DNA of 25,716 nucleotides from Abditibacteriaceae bacterium (GTDB taxonomy: Bacteria; Armatimonadota; Abditibacteriia; Abditibacteriales; Abditibacteriaceae). Positions 1-7,616 of the stretch are shown here, piece after piece (the stretch's first letter is position 1; each line of letters begins with the position of its first letter). Under the pieces are notes generated by a model, which saw only the letters and a program-made list of their open reading frames with translations, was not told where the DNA came from and did no database searches. The stretch covers positions 1-25,716 of the forward strand of contig JANMKN010000007.1 of NCBI GenBank assembly GCA_031372065.1, given 5' to 3'. The translations under genes and the position numbers were made by a program.

Positions 1-140
1 ACCTCAACTTTCGCACCCATCTCAAGCGATTGCAGCGCAAAACCATTTGCTTTTCCAAATCACTCGAAATGCACCAAGCCGTCATCAAACTATACATCCA
101 TGCCCTCAATTCAAAACAGCATCACTTCTGAAACACGACC
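1..140 (+). mobile_element. IS1-family insertion sequence, right end
   Basis: The transposase stop is followed by AACACGACC. The reverse complement of the end reads GGTCGTGTTTCAGAAGTGATG, starting with GGT as IS1 terminal inverted repeats do. The left end is outside the window. Confidence 0.75.
3..131 (+). CDS. insB: IS1-family transposase (InsB-like), C-terminal end; gene truncated by window edge
   Basis: Manual translation from base 3: LNFRTHLKRLQRKTICFSKSLEMHQAVIKLYIHALNSKQHHF*. This resembles the InsB C-terminal motif (NLxLRxHLxRLxRKxxxFSKSxExH). Not in the ORF track. Confidence 0.9.
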   Translation, partial: LNFRTHLKRLQRKTICFSKSLEMHQAVIKLYIHALNSKQHHF

Positions 141-395
141 CAAACAGGAACTGATGCCGGTTGGCAAGCCCTTTCGCGTTTGCCTTCGCTGCCATTGCAA
201 ACTTCGCGCGATTGGCGGCGCATTTTGGCCTTGGCGCATCCCAAACTGTTGCCTATGCTGCCCTTTTTAGGCTGCACGCTCGGCCAAGTTTTGAAGGGAC
301 TCCATTTGGAAAACAACCGCGAATTTTTGGCACTGCTTGAGCGAGATTCAAGAAATCACCGATGTGCGCTTTTGAATTACGATTTCCAAATGTAA
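141..395 (+). pseudogene. Gene fragment abutting the IS1 end, possibly from a phytoene dehydrogenase/CrtD-like oxidoreductase
   Basis: An open frame begins exactly at the IS boundary: QTGTDAGWQALSRLPSLPLQTSRDWRRILALAHPKLLPMLPFLGCTLGQVLKGLHLENNREFLALLE. The family call is a weak resemblance only. Confidence 0.3.
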
Positions 396-1798
396 ACATC
401 GCTCGACAAGCGAAAAGGGAACAGCGAATTTTCGAGAGGCAAATCAATTTCGGCGAAAACAGCAGTAAAAGGCGCATCATCGGCGCCTTTTTTAATATTT
501 TTTTCAATTTGCTGCGTGGCAGTGCGCGTTTCGCCAGTGCCAACAAGCGCTATTTTTTGCGATTTCCATTCGGCTTTACGAAAATCGCGCGTGGCTGAGC
601 GCGCCACCCACAAGCGTGCGTTGCCGAATTTTTCGTCGGCGCTGCTTTTGATTTCGAGGTTGATTTTTCCGCTTTCGCTGCCGCTTAATTTGATTTGCGG
701 CGTGCTTTTTCCTGCCGCCAAACGGCCAAACCAACCACTGGCGGCGGCGAAAACGCGCATTTCTTGGCCGCCCATCGAATGACCCGTATTGGGCGCGTAA
801 AACACATCGGTCTGGCCCGGCAAATCGGCGCGATAAAGGTTCATGGCATCCAACGGCCAATAGGAATCGTTGCTGGCGTTGATGACCAATTTCGGCATGG
901 TGTAGCGTTCGCGATACGTCCACGGATCAATTAAAGACGATAGATATTTACCGCGCGGCGTTTGCAGCGCCGAGGGCAAATCTTTTTCGGTGTAATCGCT
1001 GATGCTACGCGAATACGCGCCCCACGATTCCAGTTGATGCGGCATTTGCTTGCCCAAATTCAGGTTGTTGTAAACCATCGGCACAATGCCAACCACGCGC
1101 TTATCTACAGCAGCCGTGAGCCACGTCGTCCAGCCGCGCTTGCTACCGCCGCTGACGACAAATTTATCAATTTTGTGGCCCCATTCTTTTTGCGAAAATT
1201 CGCTAATGGCATCCATCGCTTTGACGGCGCTTTTAGTCATCGGAAATAACAGCGGCCAATCGGCGTCGCCGGTTTCGAGGTATTTCACGAAAGTGTGGGC
1301 AATCAGCGCGTCTTCTTTTAAATCGAAAAGCGGCTGATTGGGCACGCCGTAAAGAATCGCGGCGGGCGCGCCGTTGGCGTTGGCCGCGACTTTGGCGAGC
1401 ATCGCTTCTTCGGCGCTGCCATTGCCGAAAGTGATGATGAGCAAGGCGCGATCAGGATAAAGCATCTTGGCCGGTTTGACGATTTGCAAGCGATGCGTCC
1501 AAGTGCCGCCTTGCCATTGCAGCGAGGTTAATTGCAAATCTTGCACTTTGGCGTCTTGCGCCAAGCCGCCAAGCAGTAAATCTGCTGTCGGGTCGCCGGT
1601 AACGGCCCCGGCATTGGCAGCCGGGGCTGCTTTTTGCCATTTGTAAACGGTTTCGGGCCGCGCGATATAATCATCTAACTCGTGCGGAATCGTCGCCACA
1701 GGTGCGGTAGCAAGCGCTTGCGGCTCTTGCGCGCGGCAACCGACAGGCAATAAGACAATCAAGCTCAGGAGCAGGGTTTTGGGCAATGGGTTTTGCAT
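377..1798 (-). CDS. PhoPQ-activated pathogenicity-related (PqaA-family) alpha/beta hydrolase, exported
   Basis: Motifs VPNQPL, EDALIAHT, WPLLFPMTKSAVKAMD, SGGSKRGWTTW, IDPWTY. The hydrophobic signal peptide ends in VGC. ATG at 1798 is preferred over GTG at 1828. Confidence 0.88.
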   Translation of the reverse strand: MQNPLPKTLLLSLIVLLPVGCRAQEPQALATAPVATIPHELDDYIARPETVYKWQKAAPAANAGAVTGDPTADLLLGGLAQDAKVQDLQLTSLQWQGGTWTHRLQIVKPAKMLYPDRALLIITFGNGSAEEAMLAKVAANANGAPAAILYGVPNQPLFDLKEDALIAHTFVKYLETGDADWPLLFPMTKSAVKAMDAISEFSQKEWGHKIDKFVVSGGSKRGWTTWLTAAVDKRVVGIVPMVYNNLNLGKQMPHQLESWGAYSRSISDYTEKDLPSALQTPRGKYLSSLIDPWTYRERYTMPKLVINASNDSYWPLDAMNLYRADLPGQTDVFYAPNTGHSMGGQEMRVFAAASGWFGRLAAGKSTPQIKLSGSESGKINLEIKSSADEKFGNARLWVARSATRDFRKAEWKSQKIALVGTGETRTATQQIEKNIKKGADDAPFTAVFAEIDLPLENSLFPFRLSSDVYIWKS

Positions 1799-2205
1799 AA
1801 ACGGCGGTGCTGAAATTTTCACAGGCACTGAAAACGCCTGAAACGGAGGGCGGTGCCAGACAAATTCAAGGCAAATGACATTCGTCGCAACTCACTAATT
1901 TTTGCAAAAGGCTAACCCGAATTCGAGGCAGCATGGCTGTGCGCCGGACAGCCAAAAACGAAACCTCAGCGCCAAAACCCCGCCAGCAAGGACGCAAAGC
2001 CGCATCTAAAATCGCTCTTCAGGCAACGGAAAAGTTTGCCACGTTGCATTTGATCTTTCACTTGTCTGGTGATGGCACGATTTTACATTGTGCGGGCGCG
2101 CTCAACAAACTTTATCTGCTGCCTTCTGATTTTTTTGGGGTGGCGGCGGCAAGAGGTGTTGCCACCAAATTTTGCGGCCTTATTTGACAGCGCTATCGCC
2201 GCTGT

Positions 2206-2560
2206 TCAATTCGCACCTTGCGCGAATGGGGCGCTCTTGGTTTCAAACTCGCCACTGATGATTTTGGAACAGGCTATTCGTCGTTGGCCTATTCAAAGCG
2301 TTTCCCAGTTGATCTTCTCAAAATAGACCGGGAATTCATTCAACGCTTGGGCACGCCGATGCCGATTTCGCCATTGTGCGCGCCGTTGTAACGTTAGCCC
2401 GCGCCTTAGACCTCAAAGTGACCGCCGAAGGCATCGAAACGGCTACCCATTTGACGAATTTACAAACTTTGGATTGTGATCGCGGCCAAGGCTATTTTTT
2501 TCGCGCCTTTTGCACACTGACGACGCCAGCGAACTCTTAACGCGCTTGCAAAAAAGGTAA
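2206..2560 (+). pseudogene. Degraded EAL-domain (c-di-GMP phosphodiesterase) C-terminal half
   Basis: 2251-2340 reads [30 protein letters not shown]. After a frameshift near 2353 it reads [49 protein letters not shown] second frameshift lies in the T-run at 2495-2501, with a stop at 2558-2560. The N-terminal part is not recognisable. Confidence 0.88.
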
Positions 2561-2640
2561 CTTGCGCCCGTCCAGCACTTTTCTCGCTTTCGCAATGGAG
2601 CCAACGCTTTTTGTTATGGTTGAATAGAAAACGGAGTGCG

Positions 2641-3132
2641 ATGATGAAAGTGTTTTTTCTGCTGACTTTGTGCGCAGTGATCGGTTGCGGCTTAATGGCG
2701 GGCTTATTTTTCGCCTTTTCGGTCTGCGTGATGAAAGCTCTGGGCGAACGCCCGCCCGCCGAAGGCATGGCGGCGATGCAATCCATCAACGTGGTCATTT
2801 TAAATCCGGTTTTCTTGTTGGTGTTTATGGGCGCAGCGGCTCTCTGCTTGTGGGCGCTGATTTCTTCGCTGTTGCATTGGAAAACGCCCGGTGCCCCTTG
2901 TTTACTCGCTGGCAGCGTTTTTTATCTGGTTGGCGTTCTACTTGTCACGATGATTTTCAACGTGCCGATGAACGATGCATTGGCCGCAGCGAAACCCAAC
3001 CGCGCAGATGGCGCCCAACTGTGGGCGACTTATCTGGTTAGTTGGACGATGTGGAATCATCTGCGCACTGTCGCTTCGATAGCCGCCACCATCGCTTTTG
3101 CTTTGGCGCTTGCTCGCGCACCGTCATCGTAA
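2641..3132 (+). CDS. DUF1772 / anthrone oxygenase-like membrane protein
   Basis: GLMAGLFFAFS..VMKAL, AMQSIN, VTMIFNVPMNDAL, W..WNHLRT; four hydrophobic segments. Confidence 0.88.
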   Translation: MMKVFFLLTLCAVIGCGLMAGLFFAFSVCVMKALGERPPAEGMAAMQSINVVILNPVFLLVFMGAAALCLWALISSLLHWKTPGAPCLLAGSVFYLVGVLLVTMIFNVPMNDALAAAKPNRADGAQLWATYLVSWTMWNHLRTVASIAATIAFALALARAPSS

Positions 3133-3194
3133 AAATCTAAAATGCGGCGAACTTCTGCTTACAGCACAAACTCCAAAGCGTAAGAGGAAAAGTT

Positions 3195-3437
3195 ATGGAC
3201 TACACAACAATGGGTTGGATGTTTGTTTTTATGGCGGCTTTCTTTGCGCTGGGACTTCTGCCCCAACTCGCAAAACGGTTTTATCCTGATTCGGCCCGCT
3301 TTCGGCTTCGTTTGGCCGCGCCCATTATTTTTGGTTTGATGGCGACAGCTTGTTTTATCGGACTGGCACTGCCAGCGATGGTTCTCACGGTTGCTCTTGG
3401 TCTACCGCTCGTGGTGCAAAGAAAACGGCGCATATAA
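3195..3437 (+). CDS. Small membrane protein, 80 aa
   Basis: AGAGGA SD-like site upstream, 2-3 hydrophobic helices, basic C-tail, followed by a terminator. Confidence 0.65.
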   Translation: MDYTTMGWMFVFMAAFFALGLLPQLAKRFYPDSARFRLRLAAPIIFGLMATACFIGLALPAMVLTVALGLPLVVQRKRRI

Positions 3438-3457
3438 CCCGCTGATTGCCTCGACTC

Positions 3458-3494
3458 AAGCCATCAAATTGCATTGCCAGTTTGATGGCTTTTT
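3458..3494 (+). terminator. Rho-independent terminator
   Basis: AAGCCATCAAAT..GTTTGATGGCTT stem followed by a T-run. Confidence 0.75.
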
Positions 3495-3611
3495 GCTGTG
3501 CGATTAGGTCAAATCAAGCCGAGATAACGGGTTTTATGATAAAACCAATGCGGCACTATTCACTGGACGGCAGGGTAATGGTGCGACTGATTTTGAGGAG
3601 TTTGTTCAACC

Positions 3612-5318
3612 GTGGCTGATTTTTCACTGCGCGATTCGCGCATCGCTTATTTTTCGATGGAAGTCGGTTTACAAACCGATATCCCCACTTATTCCGGCGG
3701 TCTTGGTGTTTTAGCCGGCGACACGCTCAAATCGGGCGCCGATCTTGGTCTTCCCATGATCGCGGTTTCGCTTTTATATCGCAAAGGCTATTTCCGGCAG
3801 GAACTTTCGCTCGATGGCTGGCAAAAAGAGCATCCTGTGGAATGGAGTCCCGCCAATTTCATGACGCTTTTGCCGAACAAGGTCAAAGTGAAAATCGAAG
3901 GGCGCGATGTGTGGATTCAAGCATGGCGCTTCGACATCAAAGGCGCGGGCGGCAGTATTTTGCCGGTGTATTTTCTTGATACCGACCTCAGCGAAAACCA
4001 CGATTGGGACAAAAGCATCACGCATCATTTGTATGGCGGCGATGAAACCTATCGCTGCAAGCAAGAAGTGGTTCTGGGCATTGGCGGCGTGCGAATGCTG
4101 GACGATTTGGGCTATACGGTCAAGAAATATCACATGAACGAAGGCCACGCCGCGCTGCTCACGCTCGAACTTTCGCAGCGCTTCAAGCAGGACATCGAAA
4201 GCGTGTGGTCGGAAGACAAAATTTGGAACACTGAAGCGGTGCGCGACTTGTGCGTTTTCACCACGCACACGCCCGTCGAAGCCGGACATGACCGCTTTCC
4301 TTACGAAGTTGTGCAAAAAGTGTTGGGCGATTATTTTCCGCTGGATGTTTTGAAAACCATTGGCGGCAAAGATGAACTGAACATGACCACGCTGGGCATG
4401 AATCTCAGCGAATTTCAAAACGGTGTGGCAAAAAAACACGGCGAAGTTTCGCGTTCGATGTTTCCCACTTACGACATTCGCTCCATCACCAATGGTGTGC
4501 ATACGCGCACTTGGACACACCCGAAATTCGCCCACATTTACGACGAATACATTCCCGGATGGCGCGAAGAACCCGAACTTTTCGTGCGCGTGGATAACGT
4601 GCCCGACCATCGCATTTGGGACACGCATCAAGCAATTAAGCAGGAATTGTTCGGCATCATCAAACAGCGCACCGGCGTTGACATGAATCCCGATGTGCTG
4701 ACACTCGGCTTTGCGCGCCGCGCCACACCTTATAAGCGCGCCGATTTATTATTCCGCGACCCACAGCGCCTCGCCCAAATCGCGGGCGGCAAGCTGCAAG
4801 TGGTTTACGGAGGCAAGGCACATCCCAAAGACGGCGGCGGCAAAGACAACATTCATCGCATCATCGAATGCGCCCGCGAATTGGCCGGGCAGGTGACGGT
4901 TGTTTACCTGCAAAATTACGAAATGGAACTGGCCCTGCGCATCGTGGCCGGCGTGGATGTGTGGCTCAACACGCCACTGCGCCCACGCGAAGCATCCGGC
5001 ACAAGTGGCATGAAAGCCACGCACAACGGCGTGCCGAATTTTAGCGTGCTTGATGGCTGGTGGATTGAAGGCTGGGTCGAAGATGTCACCGGCTGGAGCA
5101 TCGGCCCCGACGCCACGGAAACTAACCTCGACGCGGTAGATGAATCGCTCGATTTAAACGATCTCTACGACAAACTCGAACACAAACTTTTGCCCGCCTA
5201 TTACGGCGACAAAGCGCAGTGGATCAAAATCATGAAAGGCGCCATCGGCAAAAACGCCTGCTACTTCAACACCCACCGCATGATGCGCCAATACGTCACC
5301 GAAGCGTATATTCAGTAG
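3612..5318 (+). CDS. glgP: Alpha-glucan (glycogen/maltodextrin) phosphorylase
   Basis: AYFSME, YSGGLGVLAGD, HMNEGH, FTTHTPV.AGHD, ITNGVH, GFARRATPYKR, PLP-lysine motif EASGTSGMK; GAGGAG SD before the GTG start. Confidence 0.96.
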   Translation: MADFSLRDSRIAYFSMEVGLQTDIPTYSGGLGVLAGDTLKSGADLGLPMIAVSLLYRKGYFRQELSLDGWQKEHPVEWSPANFMTLLPNKVKVKIEGRDVWIQAWRFDIKGAGGSILPVYFLDTDLSENHDWDKSITHHLYGGDETYRCKQEVVLGIGGVRMLDDLGYTVKKYHMNEGHAALLTLELSQRFKQDIESVWSEDKIWNTEAVRDLCVFTTHTPVEAGHDRFPYEVVQKVLGDYFPLDVLKTIGGKDELNMTTLGMNLSEFQNGVAKKHGEVSRSMFPTYDIRSITNGVHTRTWTHPKFAHIYDEYIPGWREEPELFVRVDNVPDHRIWDTHQAIKQELFGIIKQRTGVDMNPDVLTLGFARRATPYKRADLLFRDPQRLAQIAGGKLQVVYGGKAHPKDGGGKDNIHRIIECARELAGQVTVVYLQNYEMELALRIVAGVDVWLNTPLRPREASGTSGMKATHNGVPNFSVLDGWWIEGWVEDVTGWSIGPDATETNLDAVDESLDLNDLYDKLEHKLLPAYYGDKAQWIKIMKGAIGKNACYFNTHRMMRQYVTEAYIQ

Positions 5319-5344
5319 GCAGGAAGCAGACGGCGGGAGGAAGT

Positions 5345-5383
5345 AACCAAAAGCTGGAAGCGAATCGCTTCCAGCTTTTGGTT
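5345..5383. terminator. Bidirectional terminator between convergent glgP and the defence cassette
   Basis: Perfect inverted repeat AACCAAAAGCTGGAAGCGA-A-TCGCTTCCAGCTTTTGGTT. Confidence 0.8.
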
Positions 5384-5388
5384 TGTGG

Positions 5389-6171
5389 TCAACTGTTCGG
5401 CAAACTATCCAGCAACGTTTTTAAGCGCGTGCGCAGGTCGCTGTCGCCGTGAATCACGCAAAGGCGAACGTGTAAGTCGTCGGGATATTCGGCGATAAGC
5501 GTTCCTTTGCTTCTCGCTTTGCCGTTGACCGGCCACGTTTGAAAAACAGTTTTGATTCGTTGCGCTAAAGCTGGATTGGAAGCCGTTTTCCTTTCGAGGC
5601 GCAGCAGAATGTCCATCGTTTTCAGATTACGCGCTCCTGCTAATTCATCGTCCCATTTATCGCCAAAGAGTAGACGGCCATAATCCAACAAATCGCAAAA
5701 GGAACCCACACATTCAACTTTACCGACAGTGAGCGAAAGTAAATGGGCTGAGTGAAAAAAACCGTTGCGTTGTTCACGGCGGGCGCTCATACGAGTGAGT
5801 AAAGGTTCAATGTCAGTTAAACGAGCGTCACTTTGCAAAACCTCGCGCACGTCATCTTGGATACGATGATAATTCTTAAATCTGTCACGAGGCACTTCCT
5901 TTTCCAACCAATCCACGACATCTTGATTAAATGTGCCGTCGTCTTTGACTTTCTGAATCACAGCTTGCAAAGCGACTTGATGGCGCCGTTGCTCGCGGTC
6001 AAGTAAGTCTGACCATGCGACAACATTTTGTTGAAGCCACAGTTTGGAAGTGAGTTCGGTGTAATCGTCGCACAGCACAAAAGCGGCTTTGAGATATTCT
6101 TCTTCGGTGCGCCCGGTGTAATAAATCTCAACGCCGGTGCAAATGTCGCGCAGTAGCGCTCGCAAACTCAT
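5389..6171 (-). CDS. Putative HEPN-domain protein (RxxxxH ribonuclease motif)
   Basis: N-terminal helix AAFVLCDDYTELTSK and the motif RREQRNGFFH (5752-5769). GGAGG SD, and ATGA overlap with the S-subunit stop codon. Confidence 0.65.
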   Translation of the reverse strand: MSLRALLRDICTGVEIYYTGRTEEEYLKAAFVLCDDYTELTSKLWLQQNVVAWSDLLDREQRRHQVALQAVIQKVKDDGTFNQDVVDWLEKEVPRDRFKNYHRIQDDVREVLQSDARLTDIEPLLTRMSARREQRNGFFHSAHLLSLTVGKVECVGSFCDLLDYGRLLFGDKWDDELAGARNLKTMDILLRLERKTASNPALAQRIKTVFQTWPVNGKARSKGTLIAEYPDDLHVRLCVIHGDSDLRTRLKTLLDSLPNS

Positions 6172-7616
6172 GCTGTTTCACCTCCCAATAACCGCGCCTC
6201 GAATCGTGCTTTCGCGGCTTCCCAATCGTGCGCCGCCTCGTCGCGCAACGCCCGCGCCCGCTCACGCCGCGTGCGCACTTCGGCGGCGATGGATTCTTGA
6301 ATGGCTTTGTCGGGAAGAGGAATGATAAGTTTCTCTAACTCGCCTTGAGTGATTGCTGGATAGTTGCCCCCGCTACTGCGGAAAAACATTTGGCGTAGGC
6401 AAAGGCTGCTGCGGAGAATACTCCATAAATACGCTTTGTTGATTCTCTCGTCAACGCGACGAATCACAGAGAAACCAGTGGAGGCAATAGCACCATCAAG
6501 GTCAGTCTCAATTTGAGCAATGGCACCGTAGTGTGGGCGCGTTGTGCTGATGATAATATCTCCGTCTCTCACTTGCATTCTTGCCCTACTTGGCGCTTCT
6601 GAGACTGCCACATTTTCGGCGGTAGCACTGCCTGTTTTTGGATTTACGCCGCTAATTTCGATGTATCGGAATGTCACTGCGTCTGATGATTTTTCAGGTT
6701 GCCACGTTTCCGAAGAGAAAACAGCTAAATTTTCTAATCGTTCATGAGGAATGCTTTTCACCAAACTTGATAATGTAGTGAACTCCGGCGAGTGGAAATC
6801 GGTATCTAAGCGAGAATTCACTTGGCCCAATTTCACGCCAAAAGCCGCGCGTTTTTCGGTTTTCGGGGCTTGCAAGTCGAGTTTTGCCAGCAGCCAGCCG
6901 TCCAAACCCGACAGCAGCGCGTCGGCTTGTGCCAACTTATCGCACCGCGCTGTGCGCGCCGCTTCCAATTCGTTGACTAATTCGCGTTGGATTTCGAGGG
7001 AAGGCAACGGAATTAAAATCTCTGAAATTTCCTCAACATTGAGGTTGTTTTGAGCTACACCTTTTCCAATGAACTCAATCTGCGTTCGGGACACCTGAGA
7101 ATCGACAAACCAGCAGAAAAACTCTTTGCTAATTAGCTCCTCATCAATGCGAAGATTAATCAATGCAGAATTGAGATTCGCTTCCTTGATTTCTGGTGGA
7201 ATTATGGCAACAGTGCCCAAATTATCTTTTGTGCCGCTGACAGCAAAGATTAAATCTCCCGGCTTTGATTTCGTGCGCGCCAATGTTTTCTCATGAACTT
7301 CGCGCGTAATATGCTTCACTTCAGAAACATCAACTGTGTGATTCGTGAGGTTATTTACTCGTAGAAAGTAAACGCCGTTCTCTGTATCTTCTGTGTAAAA
7401 ACCTTCTCTTGGGCCATCTCCTCGATTCCAGCTCTTAATGAGGTTCCCAATCGGCTGAATTTTTGTGTGAGTCTTCAGTCTCTCAATGATTGCTTGATAC
7501 TCTGGGGAACTAAAATTTACATCCAAGCGCCGATTTACATCCCCCCGCCGCACGGCGAAGCGCGTAACTTCGCCGGGAGCGGGGCTTAGACGAAAAAAGG
7601 CGCGCGATCGTGACAA
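6168..7616 (-). CDS. hsdS: HsdS-like restriction-modification specificity subunit with two TRDs; probably entered by -1 frameshift from the upstream RM ORF
   Basis: Two TRD+helix repeats (GDLIFAVSGT..IPLPSLEIQRELV; GDIIISTTRP..IPLPDKAIQESIA). Repeated lead-in motif FAVRRGDVNRRLDVNFSSPEY / FGVKLGQVNSRLDTDFHSPEF. No ATG in roughly the first 340 codons. Confidence 0.9.
   Translation of the reverse strand: MSRSRAFFRLSPAPGEVTRFAVRRGDVNRRLDVNFSSPEYQAIIERLKTHTKIQPIGNLIKSWNRGDGPREGFYTEDTENGVYFLRVNNLTNHTVDVSEVKHITREVHEKTLARTKSKPGDLIFAVSGTKDNLGTVAIIPPEIKEANLNSALINLRIDEELISKEFFCWFVDSQVSRTQIEFIGKGVAQNNLNVEEISEILIPLPSLEIQRELVNELEAARTARCDKLAQADALLSGLDGWLLAKLDLQAPKTEKRAAFGVKLGQVNSRLDTDFHSPEFTTLSSLVKSIPHERLENLAVFSSETWQPEKSSDAVTFRYIEISGVNPKTGSATAENVAVSEAPSRARMQVRDGDIIISTTRPHYGAIAQIETDLDGAIASTGFSVIRRVDERINKAYLWSILRSSLCLRQMFFRSSGGNYPAITQGELEKLIIPLPDKAIQESIAAEVRTRRERARALRDEAAHDWEAAKARFEARLLGGETA
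7543..7598 (-). promoter_or_regulatory. Candidate programmed -1 ribosomal frameshift signal (slippery heptamer plus downstream hairpin)
   Basis: The mRNA has U_UUU_UUC at 7598-7592, a 7-nt spacer GUCUAAG containing the RM stop, then the hairpin CCCCGC-UCC-CGGCGAAG-(UUACGCG)-CUUCGCCG-UGCG-GCGGGG. Confidence 0.7.

Noticed and set aside
1933..2326. Short ORFs 1933-2187 and 2069-2326
   Set aside because: No recognisable product; the second overlaps the EAL remnant in a different frame.
3774..4631. Long antisense/alternate-frame ORFs (e.g. 3774-4631, 17179-18099, 18225-19061, 8384-9535)
   Set aside because: They are shadows of well-supported genes on the opposite strand and have no motifs.
7593..7598. 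Phase variation or transcriptional slippage at the T6 run
   Set aside because: Six T is short for efficient slippage, and the spacer+hairpin fits ribosomal frameshifting better. It cannot be fully excluded.
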